DNA of 64,000 nucleotides from Octopus sinensis (lineage: Eukaryota): positions 79,174,001-79,238,000 of the forward strand of contig NC_043002.1 of assembly GCF_006345805.1 (NCBI RefSeq). The letters are read 5' to 3'. The position numbers and the translations under genes are program-made. The notes beneath the pieces were generated by a model. The model was given only the letters and a program-made list of their open reading frames with translations, did not search any database and was not told where the DNA came from. Positions 23,985 through 37,087 of this stretch are shown here, one piece after another; position 1 is the first letter of the stretch, and every line of letters begins with the position of its first letter.

Positions 23985-24260
23985 ATTCTGTTATTCTTTT
24001 ACTTGTTTCAGTCATTTGACTGTGGCCATGCTGGATCAAAGCTTTTAGTCGAGCAAATCGACCCAAGGACTTATCCTTTGTAAGCCTATTACTTATTTTA
24101 TCGGGCTCTTTTGCCGAACCGCTAAGTTACGGGGATGTAAACACACCAGCATCGGTTGTCAAGCGATGTTGGGGGGAAAACACAGACACACAAACATATT
24201 CACACATACATACATACATACATACATACATACATACATACATAAATACATACACACACA

Positions 24261-24354
<94 letters not shown>

Positions 24355-24690
24355 CGGGAAGGTTTATGAAAATAAACAAAAGACGAAGGCAGGTGGAGTA
24401 CAAACAAACAAATGTATTAGTATAGCGCTCAGGAATAGAAATAGAAAAAGTCTTTTACGTTTCGAGTCTACGCTCTTCGACAGAAAGATACACATAAAAA
24501 AACAAGGAGATATATATACACATATATACTTCGGGCTTCTTTCAGTTTCCGTCTACCAAATCCACTCACAAGGCTTTAATCGGCCCGAAGCTATAGTAGA
24601 AGACACTTGCCCAAGGCGCCACGCAGTGGGACTGAACCCGGAATCATGTGGTTGGTAAGCAAGCTACTTACCACACAGTCACTCCTAGGC
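23985..24690 (-). mobile_element. SINE family A with expanded internal microsatellite and a Penelope-like insertion (24350-24520)
   Basis: Tail 23985-24200 and head 24530-24690. Confidence 0.8.
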
Positions 24691-24955
24691 CTGTTGTAAA
24701 TTTTTCCAATATCGAAGTTCGATAATCTGATAAAAGTTATTTTATAGATCACGGTCAGCAACTGGGGTTGTTGTGTAAGCGAATAAAAATCTAAATTTAG
24801 GGAATGGAGTAGATAAAAAGATACCTTAGACTAAGTTATCTTTGGCCCGATGTGAAGCTAGCGGAGTACCCCTCCTTTGGATAATTACTACTTCTGAGGT
24901 TCTGCTAGCTAGATAATATATGTAACCTGGATTTTATCTACTCTATTCCTTATAC

Positions 24956-25235
24956 GTGGAGGCACATGGCCTAGTGGTTAGAGCAGCGGGACTCGCGGTC
25001 GAAGGATCGCGGGTTCAAATTTCAGACCGGGCGAAACGCGAAACACCTAAGCTCCACGCAGCACCGGCAGAAGGTAATGGCGAACCTCTACTAACTCTTT
25101 CGCCACAACTTTCTCTCACGCTTTCCTCCTGCATCTTGCAGCTCACCTGCGACGGACCTAGGTGGGGAACCTATACGCCAAGGAAACCGGGAAACCGGCC
25201 CTTATGAGCCAGGCGTGGCTCGAGAAGGAACAAAC
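24956..25235 (+). mobile_element. SINE family B
   Basis: tggcctagtggttagagcagcgggactcgcgg..gggttcaaatttc (A and B boxes), followed by the family core. Confidence 0.85.
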
Positions 25236-25239
25236 AATT

Positions 25240-25660
25240 CCCTACACACATACCACTCCCGCTCCTACTCCAACCCTACCCCAACACCTCCACCCCACAT
25301 CTCCATCCCACAACCTCACCCCACCCCACAACCTCACCCCACCCCACATCCTCATCCCAAACCTACACCCTACCTTCACATCCCCACTCCCTCACACCGC
25401 CACACCACACACCATACACCACCACACCACATCGCACCACCCCACACCACATACACACTAGCACTGACTACTTCCCAGCCCCCACACCACACACCATCAT
25501 CTGCACACCCACACACCATCCTCCGCACACCCACACACCATCCTCCGCACACCCACACATCCATACATTACAGACGTACACACACGCGCACACATCCACA
25601 CGTCAAAATCACTAGCCTCTATCCACCCGCACACACTTACACACTCTCACATACACACAC
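25240..25660. repeat. C/A-rich low-complexity tract (G-rich on the minus strand)
   Basis: ccccacaacctcacccc and (cacac) variants. Confidence 0.85.
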
Positions 25661-25912
25661 GGACGTGAACCTTCATTTTGGGATCACCCTTCTTCCTAGC
25701 TCTCCTGTCCAACTACCTTTTTCCAACCAGTCGCCATAATTGATCGCTAAATCCACAAGTTTTAAAAATTCTCTCTCTGTTAATTTCCTCGTGTTCCTTT
25801 CTGTTGAAGAGCGTAGGCCAGAAACATAAGACTCACTTTTCCGAGCGTCAAACTAATACACTTGCTTGTTGTTCATACACCTGCCTTCGTCTTTTGTTTT
25901 TCTGTAAATTTC

Positions 25913-25947
<35 letters not shown>

Positions 25948-26022
25948 CACAATTTAAGTTAGTTGAAATGTATTTCAACTGCTAAAGGCAAATACCTCTT
26001 ATGGTAAAAAGATGTGAAAACG

Positions 26023-26256
26023 CCTAGTTCGTTCAGTGTCGTCATCTCTCAGGAAACTCAGATATCGATATTTCAAGTTTATTGACTCTTGTCGATGAGA
26101 TGTACCCAAGAGAGGCTGAATTATATATAAAGCCACAAGCTTTATTTAGTTCGTCCAGAGTTGCCTCTCTTAGGTACATCTCATCGCCAAGAGTCAATAA
26201 ACTCGAAACATCGATGTCTGAGATTCCCGAGAGATGGTGATAGTGAACGAACTGGG
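26023..26256. repeat. Long hairpin: 94-bp inverted arms with a 46-nt loop
   Basis: Manual alignment gives 12 mismatches in 94 nt. Confidence 0.9.
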
Positions 26257-27089
26257 TGTTTTCTCACCTTTTTACCATAAGAGAGATTTTTCTCCATAAC
26301 TGCACTGTATTTGCCTGTAAATACTGCTTTGCGCCATTACTTCGTTATATATATATACACACATACATATATGTATGTATATATATATGTACTTATAAAT
26401 ATGTATTTGGAAATACATGTTGCATATGTATGTATATTTAAACAGCGCATGCTCCTACATTTTAAAAATCGACATTCCACTATACAGAAAAATATAACGT
26501 GAAATATAACGTAAAATGTGAGTGAACAGACGACTAATTCATCTTTGTGTCGCATTTGGCAACGAACACCTTCTCAAACTGCCGGATGTATAGAAAGATT
26601 TCAGACATTTCCTTGATATTTAATTGATATACCCAAAATAGCTGCCAGCCCTCAAGTCACTGAATGGTCTATAAATGACCGGTGATAAACTTGAAGTGTC
26701 ATCTATTGTATATTCAGTTTCATAGGAATAAGCAAGTACTCTGTATATAACATCGCATGCAGTGAAAGGTTTTAGCTATGACGATTGTGGATTTGGGTAA
26801 AGGTACCATCCAGTCAGATTACTGCTTTCCCTAGCGGGAAAATTAATAGATTTTCTACCCTACCTCCTTCCCTAGAACCGGAGATGCATGTAAACTTATT
26901 GTGGCAATATATGAAACGCAGTTGATATATATCATTCCATCTAAGTAAGAAACTGAAGCATTTACTGTTTAAAGATTCGTACATTTTTTTCAAGCAAATG
27001 GATTTCGCTTTTCTGTTTTGTATTTATATAAAACAAAGATCCATTTGCAGTCACTGCAATAACGAAACTTTGGTTCGTATTTTTCTTAC

Positions 27090-27204
27090 TGAATTTTAAT
27101 GCTCGCTACAAATGATAGATAAACAACTTTGTATGTACTGTCATACTTTATGAAGTCGGCGCACTGGACGAAATAAAACCGCAGACCGTAGTTATCGGCG
27201 TCTA
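27090..27204 (-). CDS. Exon of putative PTB/PID-domain protein
   Basis: gactaaac...tttgctttctacag|xDADNYGLRFYFVQCADFIKYDSTYKVVYLSFVASIKI|GTAAGA; phase 1 to 2. Confidence 0.6.
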
Positions 27205-28944
27205 CTGTAGAAAGCAAACTATTGTCGTTTAGTCACAAAGTGTGCTGAATAAGCAAACCCATGATGCAAACTGTTCCAGCCCTGAACATCGCGCCTTTTG
27301 CTTTTGCTTTTGCATGTCTTTTCTATGAATCCTTTTTCAGATGATATAATGCGATTTGGGGGAAATTTGGTTTCTATTTCTAGCAGGTGAAGAAGCCACG
27401 ATGCGGTTATTTTTCCGATTGTTTGGTAATAACGGTGATGATAATGATGATGTTAGTGGTACTGGTTGTGGTGGTGGCGGTGGCAATGGTGGCGCGGTGG
27501 TTTTGCCTCAATTGTGTGATAGTGAAGGTAGTAGTGATGACGTTTAAGAAAGAAAACCAGAGAATGTAAAGAAATTCAATGTGTATGAGAAGTAACATAT
27601 AACGATGAATAGATCATTAGAAACAGATTCGTGCTTCCATAATATATATATATATAATATATATAGATATATATATACACATATAATATGTATATATATA
27701 TGCATATATATGTAAGTAGTGTATATGTATATATATGTATATATATGCATATATGTATATAATATATATATACACGCATATATATATACATATGTATATG
27801 TATTTATATATATTATATATATATATATATTATATATATATATACACGTACACACACACACATATATATATTATGTATATATATATGTATGTATATATAT
27901 ATATAATATATATATATATATTATATATATATATACACTACGTACACACACACATATAATATATTGTATGTATAATATCTGTAGGTAATATATATATAGA
28001 TATATATATCTATATATATATATATATCTATATATACATATATATATATATATAATAGATATATCTATAGATATATATATATGTATATATGCATCGTGAA
28101 GAGAACGTGAGTGAGGAAAACATGATTTAATCAACGCGAACGATTACAATAACCTCGATATCCACCCAGAAAATCAACAACAACAACCACAACAAATATA
28201 AGAATTCAACTCGCCACAAAAATTAATGAAAGCAAATTAAAAAAAAAACTGTATGAGAATAAATAAATTAAAACGAGTTTTCTACAGCAAAAACAAAGGA
28301 AGAGTATAAAAAATGTTTAAAAACATTTAAAAAAAAACAAAACATAAAGACAAAAACGCCATTACACAAAAAATAAAATATAGAAAAATTCTACAAACAT
28401 GAAACCCAAAAAAAAAACAAAGCAAAAAACACATGAATATAATAAATATGATATATAATAAAAGGAAAAATAAGATATAATAAAAGTTATCCGGATCAAT
28501 ACTTTGATCATTGAAAGTAAACCAGTGTAATGGTAGCGAGAGAGAGGACGAGAGGGAAAGAGAGAGAAAGAGAAAGAGTGAAAGAGAGAGAGAGAGAGAG
28601 AGCAGGAGGAGAGAGAGAATGTGTGTATCTGTGTGTATGCTTGTATGTATATGTGTGTGTGTAATCAGTGGATGAGGGTGACGATGACGGTGGGGACGAC
28701 GATGATGATGATGATGGCGGAAGAGGCTGAAACAGTGATAAATTCTATGTCAGGTCTCGGTTATATCCAGCGCTTATCGTTTGCAATGTCCCTGTCAAAT
28801 TGACTCGAATGATCTTTCACACGTTATTATCATTTTAATTTTTCCATTATTCTGATAAATATTTATATAAAAAAAAACACTCGATATTTCTAACAAGACG
28901 CACCAACAAAACGCACACACACATGCACGCACGCACACACACAC

Positions 28945-29018
<74 letters not shown>

Positions 29019-29069
29019 GCATACACACACACACAAACACACACACACGCACAATCCTAAAGAACTCAG

Positions 29070-29072
29070 TAA

Positions 29073-29111
<39 letters not shown>

Positions 29112-29354
29112 GTACTAAAATGTTAATAATGTTGGTAGTAATAACAATCATGATAATAATAATAAAAATACGAATGATAATAATTGTAATAATAATAGTA
29201 ATTATAATAGTAGAAACCCAACGGCAACAACAGGAATAATATAATAATAATATAATAATATAATAATAATATAATGATAATAATAATAATAATAATAATG
29301 ATAATAATAATAATAATAATAATGATAATAACGATGATAATAATAATAATAATG

Positions 29355-29406
<52 letters not shown>

Positions 29407-29410
29407 CGAT
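29070..29410. repeat. (AAT)n microsatellite block
   Basis: Visible runs. Confidence 0.95.
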
Positions 29411-29878
29411 AAAACTAATAATAATAGTATTGATAATGGTAAAAATAACAGGTGAAACGAAAGACCAAAAATATGTAATGTATTTTGTTTCTGTTTTTTT
29501 TTGTCCTTTTAAATTGTCTTTCTCTTCTGATATTTTTTTTTATCGTTCGTGGAAACGTCATTATTTTCGGTCAGCTGTCTAGTTTGAGGTTTTTCTCTTA
29601 ATCTGTAATTGCAATCTGAATTAACGATGGGGTAACTCTCTTCTCTAAAAATGTCGTTCATATGTGAGCGATATGAAAATGTCTACGACGGTAGTGTGTT
29701 ATGGTATTTAGCCGATATCTGTATGAATAATATACTTTACCATTTTCGTAATATATCAGATTTTCTATAGGAATTGTTTGATAATTTGTGTTACTATCTA
29801 TCTATCTATCTATCTATCTACTATCTATCTATCTATCTATATAGGTATATGTATATATGTGTATGTGTACATATATTT

Positions 29879-29921
<43 letters not shown>

Positions 29922-29958
29922 TTAAACTTTTCGCGAAGAATTCTCGTAGAAATCTCGT

Positions 29959-30032
<74 letters not shown>

Positions 30033-30409
30033 GTGTGTGTGTGTACGTGTACAAGCTGAGGTACCTGGTAATACCCGGGAGCAGGGATATTCCCAACACC
30101 CATTACAATGCCTAATTTCTCTCAGACGAAAAATGAAATCAAGACATAGGACAGATAATAGAAGGCGTAAGAAAATTACTTCACGAAACAATAATACAAA
30201 TAAATACGTATGAAATTAGAAAATGAGAATCGTTTGATGCTTCCATTGTAAAGGAGTGCTATGAAAAAAAAGAACATAAAAGTTTGAATAGTAAACAAAA
30301 AATTATTTAGAGAAAAAGCACTTAATTTGACGACTGTGTTGCTTGGGTATAGTTCCACTGATCGTGAGAATCAAATCTCGATTGCAACGGTTAGAACCGA
30401 CAATTTTAA

Positions 30410-30530
30410 GTGCAGGTGTTATAGTAGAAGCTATAGTAGAAGAAACTTGCCTAAGGTGCCATGCAGTGGGACTGAACTCAGGACCATGTGGTTGGTAAGC
30501 AAGCTACTTACCACACAATCACTCTTATAT
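30410..30530 (-). mobile_element. SINE family A head
   Basis: gccatgcagtgggactgaactcaggaccatgtggttggtaagcaagctacttaccacac. Confidence 0.8.
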
Positions 30531-30554
30531 GTATGTAAGTATATATATAATATA

Positions 30555-30604
<50 letters not shown>

Positions 30605-30944
30605 AATAACACGAAGGCGAGGTAAAAAGGCCATGTATTAGTGTTACGCTCAGGAAGAATAGAAAGAAAACCCTTTTAAGTTTCATTCGTTCAGTTTTCT
30701 ATAGAAAGAATAAATGAGGAGAGAAAAAAGTGGATCGAGAAAAGACAAACATGTTTCCAGTTCGTAGAAGTTCAGGCTGCTCAGAATAAAGAAATCAACG
30801 GCTGAAGTCTGAGTGCTAATATACTTCATCAAAAAATAATATGGCAAGCAAAATCTGTTTTCTGTTCCGCCCGATGGCCCTGATGTGTTTTTGGACAATA
30901 CAAAATGTGTATTTTTTTTAGCATTTATTTTTGATAGAATACAC

Positions 30945-31500
30945 CTCTATGTATGTATTATGTAGTATGATGTATGTATTATGTTTGTATGTAGGTATGT
31001 TTGATGTATTTATGTAGTATGTTATGTATGTATTATGTATGTAGTATGTATGTATGTTATTGTATTTATGTATGTATGTATGTAATGTTGTATGTATGTA
31101 TGTATGTATGTAATGTATGTATGTATGTAGTATGTATTATGTATGTATGTATGTATGTATGTAGTATGTATGTATGTATGTAGTTGTATGTATGTATGTA
31201 TGTATGTATTATGTATGTTGTAGTATTGTATGTATGTATTTAGGTATGTATGTATGTATGTAATGTGTATGTGTTGTATGTATGTATGTATGTATGTATG
31301 TATGTTATGTATGTATGTATGTATGTATGTTGTATGTATGTATGTATGTATTATGTATATGTATGTATGTATGTAGTATGTATGTATGTATGTATGTATT
31401 TATGTATGTATGTATGTATGTATGTATGTATGTATGTACAACTTTGTGTGTGTGTGTATATATATATTTGTATGTGCATCTACGTATGAATATATGTATG
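30945..31500. repeat. Degenerate (ATGT)n microsatellite
   Basis: Visible runs. Confidence 0.95.
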
Positions 31501-31929
31501 TATTTATCAATATCTATCACTGTGTGTGAGTGTATACGTTTCTATGTGTCTTCTCTTTTTCTGTTCATATATAGAAAGACTCTTTCACACACACAAAACT
31601 TCCGACATTATAACCGATGCTGCAAGTTACAGTGTGAAATAGCTACGGTTTATTTTAGCTGATCAGATAAGAGAAGATTATTCATTGCTTGCTAATGCAA
31701 TGTCGAATATCTTAACTGAACAGATTTCTAGATTTGATAATCATATAATCTTGTAAGCAACTCTACATTTTTAATAATAGTTATTAATATCTATGTAACC
31801 TTAGAGGCCAGTCACGTACAGCAACAAATAAATTGAGTGTGGGACGCGGGTTCAGTTTTCAGATGAAGACAATTCAATATAACCAAATTATCTTGTAAGG
31901 GACTCTGTATTTTAATAATTCTTTCTATT

Positions 31930-33150
31930 TTAGTGCAAGACCAGCAAATTTCAGGAATGGGGAGGAAGTCGATTACATCTACCCTAATTCTCAATTTGAA
32001 CATATTTTATCGATTCCGAAAGGATGCAAGGAAAAGTCGACCTCAGCCGTATTTGAACTTAAAATGTTGGCAGAAATATCGCTAAGCATTTTGTCCGCTG
32101 CGGTAACATTCCTGCGCACTCGTCACTTTAATAAACATTTCTACTAATGGTACAAGGCCTGAAAATGTTCGTTAGGTGGGGCGCTAGTCGATTATGTCGT
32201 TTCATTACTTGACTGGTACTTAATGTTATCGATCTTCAGAGTATGAAACACAAACTTGACTTCGGTGGGATTTCAACTCGGGGCGTAATGAGCTTGCAGA
32301 AATGCAGTTAAGCATTTATTCCTTTTCTATTCTAGGCACAAGACCCCGAAATTTTCGGGGAGGGAGCCAGTCGATTCGATCGACCCCAGTACGCAACTGG
32401 TAATTAATTTATCGACCCCGAAGGGATGAAAGGCAAAGTCGACCTCGGCGGAATTTGAACTCACAACGTAACGGCAGACGAAATACCTATTTCTTTACTA
32501 CCCATAAGGGGCTAAACACAGAGAGGACAAAGAAGGACAGACAAACGGATTAAGTCGATTATATCGACCCAAGTGCGTAACTGGTACTTATTTAATCGGT
32601 CCCGAAAGGATGAAAGACAAAGTCGACCTCGGCGGAATTTGAACTCAGAACGTAATGACAGACGAAATACCTATTTCTATTTCTTTATTTACCACAAGGG
32701 GCTAAGCATAGAGTGGACAACCAAGGACAGACAAAGGGATTAAGTCGATTACACTGACCCCAGTGCGTAACTGGTACTTAATCTATCGACCCCGAAAGGA
32801 TGAAAGGCAAAGTCGACCTCGGCGGAATTTGAACTCAGAACGTAAAGACAGACGAAATACCTATTTCTATTTCTTTATTTACCCCAAGGGGCTAAGCATA
32901 GAGTGGACAAACAAGGACAGACAAAGGGATTAAGTCGATTACACTGACCCTAGTGCGTAACTGGTAGTTATTTAATCGACCCCGAAAGGATGAAAGGCAA
33001 AGTCAACCTCGCCGGAATTTGAACTCAGAACGTAATGGCAGACGAAATACCACTAATCATTTCGCCCGGCGTGCTAACGTTTCTGCCAGCTCGCCGCCTT
33101 GATAAGCATTTATTCCGACGCGGTAATGATTCTGCCAGCTCACCGCCTTA
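31930..33150 (-). mobile_element. Cluster of SINE family C copies, including a head-to-tail array of about 4 units of 185-190 bp (32340-33100)
   Basis: Repeated gtcgatt..gacc..agtgcgtaactggta..gaaaggatgaaag.caaagtcgacctcggcggaatttgaactcagaacgtaa units ending in one family head. Confidence 0.9.
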
Positions 33151-33179
33151 TTCTAAATATTAATATTACTTATTAATAA

Positions 33180-33780
33180 GGCAGTTCAAATTTCGTCGAG
33201 GTCGACTTTACCTTTCATCCTTCTGAGATCGATAAAATAAGTACCAGTTGAGTACTAGGGGTGGATGTAATCGATTACCCGCCCCTGAACTTGTTGGTCT
33301 TGTGCCTAAATTTGAAACTAACACTGCTTATTAATAAGGCGGTGAGCATGCAAAATCGTTAGTACGCGGACCAAAATGCATAGCAGCAGTTCGTCCTCTT
33401 CACGCTCTGAGATGAAATCTCACAGAAGTCAACTCTGCACTTCCACATCTCGATAAATTAAGTACCAGTTAACTACTGGATTCGATGTAATCGACTAGCC
33501 TCCCCCATCTTCCCACAAAATTTCAGGCCTTGTGTCAATAGTAGAAAAGAATTTTACTCAATAAAGGCGGCAAGCTGGCAGAATCGTTAGCAAGCTAAGA
33601 AAAATGCTTAGCGGCATTTCGGTCGTCTTTTTGTTCTGAGTTGAAATTCCACAGAGGTCGAAATTTGTCTTTCATCCTTTCAAAGTAGATGAAATAACTA
33701 CCAGTTGAGCACTGGGGTCGATGTAATCGACTTACCCCTTTCTCCCGAATAGCAAGAAATACTGTGAAGACGGGATGCAG
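33180..33780 (+). mobile_element. Three diverged SINE family C copies, opposite orientation to the preceding cluster
   Basis: aaggcgg..agc...gcagaatcgttag heads and gtaccagtt..actggggtcgatgtaatcgac tails. Confidence 0.75.
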
Positions 33781-35336
33781 TTTCGATTCTCAGGCTAAGT
33801 CAATTTAGTCCACTCGTGTAGTTAATGCGAATTGAATATATACGAACGTCGTAGATGTAATTTTCTCAGAATGCTGATTTTGAACACTTGCAAAGCCCCT
33901 ACACTATCACAAGTGATCTTTACGCTAATATACATCAACACACCTGGGATAGTGCAGCTTCTACACACCAAAAATGACATCGCCACTGAAAGATTTGTCT
34001 CAACTGTTTAGTAAGCGCACAAGTAAACAATGTTTTCCCATCGTCTCCTCGATCATTTCTAGAATGGTCTCGGTTCTTTATGCCATCTTTACACAAAGTT
34101 ATTAGATGTACTTGTCTCTTATCGTTATCCCTATTGTATATTATCCCAGACTACGTACTAAACACTCAGACTAAACCTTCTCTTCTAGAGCTGCTATCTT
34201 ATGAAATCCCTCTCTGATCACATTTTCCGTCACAAACACATACCTGTTGAAGTTTAAGTTGAACTCTGAACGGTGACTTGGCAGAGTCGTTAGAGTGCGG
34301 GATAGGATTCTTTTCGGTATTCGTTCCGGTTTATTCCGCTCAGTGTTTAAATAATGTCGAGGTCAACTTTGTCATGGGTTCGATGTACAAATTACCAATC
34401 CAGTTTAGGGTTCCTATTCAGTCAGTCATTAAGTTATTTTTTCTTTCTTCTAGAAGTCAGTTGTGATCAGAGTTGGAGAAGGACGGGCTCCATTGAGCGT
34501 AAGGCGTTTAAGATAACTCTTGTGCCAATTCCTCAGAATGTAAAGCCTGGAGGCAAGATAAAGCCAACTCACCAACACAGAAAATGTTACCAACCAGAGA
34601 AATACTCTAAGGGTTTATAGGTGCTTCCTTTCATCAAGCCCAGCAATTTAGAAAATCCTATAACGAGTAGTTACAGATAATATCCTTCATCCTTGCTCAG
34701 ACAAGCAAGCATTTGCGTAATCTTTATGGTGATCATCATACGACATGAAGTCCGAACACCAAATCAATTGATCTTTCAAAAAGAATTTACTTCAGTGTAT
34801 TTAACATGCTACTTTCTTGAAAAAAGCATGGACATTAAAACTGTATTTTTAGCTTCTTTTTAATTTTCTCCTTGAAAACATGAATTTCTTTACACTTCAG
34901 ACGGTAGGTTAATATACTTCGACCTATAACTATTCTAGGTTCAATTCCAGTCGAGATTAATTTCATTTCATTTTTTTTTTATTCAACTGTGGTTATAAGA
35001 TTTTAATTACCAACATAGAAACATAGCCACAAATTTTTAGAGAAGGTTTATAGCCGATTGCAATCGAACTCATTGTTTGAGTGATACTTATGTTTCTGTT
35101 ATCAGAAGGATGAACGGCAGAACAGAAGGAAGGCTAACGATTTAGGTATTTGACGTTTTATTTATCGATGTACGTGCTCTTTCATATACACACATACATA
35201 CATACATACATACATACATACATACATACATACATACACACACACATACATACATACATACATACATACATTCATACATACATACATACATACATACATA
35301 CATACATACAAACAGATAGATAGAGATAGATAGATT

Positions 35337-35379
<43 letters not shown>

Positions 35380-35509
35380 AGAGAGAAGCTGTACTAGCCT
35401 AGACGAACGTCTCCTTTATCGACTCCAAAAGGATGAAAGCAAAGTTGTCCTGACTGTGATTTGAACTCAGAACACAGAGATCAAAATGATAGATACATAC
35501 ACATATATG

Positions 35510-35598
<89 letters not shown>

Positions 35599-36002
35599 AG
35601 AGAAAGAGATAATGATGCAGATAAACAGGATTAGGCCAGAGATATATAAATAAGCATATATACATATACACATATAGATACACACACAACAACATATGCA
35701 TATAACTAGATATATTCAGAAAATAATAAAAGCTTATATACAAGCATATATGTATGTGTGTGTGTGTCTGTGTCTGTGTGTATAAACAAATATATCGAGC
35801 ATAAAAAATGTAGAATACTTAGGAGAATATGCACAGCTCTTTTTTAATTCGTAGCTGGTTTTTGAAAACTCAGAATTACGTAATTTTAATATTCATAATT
35901 AGCAGCTGGAATGTGCAAAATTCATGGATATGCAACCAGAAACCCAGTAAATGTAGCTACTAGCAACCAAAAATGATTTGTAAGTGACTACAAGTATCAT
36001 AC

Positions 36003-36158
36003 GTTCAACATGTACCATAATTTCGGCAATGGATAGATAGGCGGTCATATCTTCATGAGTTGTCGCAGACACCCTCTTCATCTTATCCAAGCGTAGTGCT
36101 CCGCAAACTTTTCTCACTTGCGGTATACTTATATTCTTTTCAAAATTCGGCAGCACAC
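36003..36158 (-). CDS. Exon of putative PTB/PID-domain protein
   Basis: Textbook acceptor gtattttttatttcag|GT; the only open frame is VLPNFEKNISIPQVRKVCGALRLDKMKRVSATTHEDMTAYLSIAEIMVHVE; donor C|gtatga; phase 1 to 1. Confidence 0.6.
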
Positions 36159-36214
36159 CTGAAATAAAAAATACAACGAAAAGTATTGGGAAAAAAAATT
36201 ATATTCAGGTTACA

Positions 36215-36285
36215 CTGCGACACACCTAGCATCGTCTCGAGGCATACCAATGTGCCGCGGCATACCGGTTGCAGAGTACTGATCA
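36215..36285 (+). mobile_element. hAT/Charlie-like MITE end
   Basis: gtgccgcggcataccggttgcagagtactg resembles Charlie-type termini (recalled). Confidence 0.3.
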
Positions 36286-36579
36286 AGCGGGTTATCCAGA
36301 ATGTGAGAACTGATGCAGGGGGAGAGAGAAACAGACAAATAGATAAATAGAGATAGATAGATAAAGAAAGACAGAGAGAGAGAGAGAGAGAGAAAGGGAG
36401 AGAGAGAGAGTTGTACTAGCCTAGACTTACATCTCCTTTATCGACTCCAAAAGGAGGAAAGACAAAGTTGACCTGACTGTGATTTGAACTCAGAACACAG
36501 AGATCAAAATATTAACACAGTTTAATCGGCGTCCTAGCAACTCTGCCAATTCACCTTTCCACACCCACACCCACTCACC

Positions 36580-36855
36580 CACGCACGCACACATAAGCAT
36601 ATACACATATACAAACATACCTACCTACATACCTACCTACATACATACATAAGTATATACATGCATACGTGTTGTGCACATATAAATATACGTACGTACA
36701 TATGTATGTATGTATGTATGTATTATGTATGTATGTATGTATGTATGTATGTATGTATATATATGTATCTATATGCATTATATATATATATGTATATATA
36801 GATATGTACATATATGTGAGTATATGTATATGTACATGTGTGTATAAATATACAT

Positions 36856-36912
<57 letters not shown>

Positions 36913-37056
36913 ATACATAATACATACATACATACTGAATACATATATATATGAATATATGTATATATTATATATATATATATATATATCATATATAATA
37001 TATATATATATATTAATATATATATATATATATATCTTATATATATATATATATAT

Positions 37057-37087
<31 letters not shown>

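Noticed and set aside
27341-27430. Plus-strand FGGNLVSISS (C-type-lectin-like) and KKPRCG (MMP cysteine-switch-like) motifs
   Set aside because: Very short matches, lacking the required Cys and VPD context, with no supporting exons.
32340-33100. Regularly spaced 190-bp repeats as a CRISPR or ncRNA array
   Set aside because: The units are contiguous SINE C bodies with no spacers.
27090-36158. BPI/LBP (TULIP), MED1 or Mab-21 interpretation of the spliced peptide
   Set aside because: Each fits only a short segment, whereas the PTB reading accounts for the start strand, the helix, the middle strands and the terminal helix in order. They are not excluded without an HMM search.
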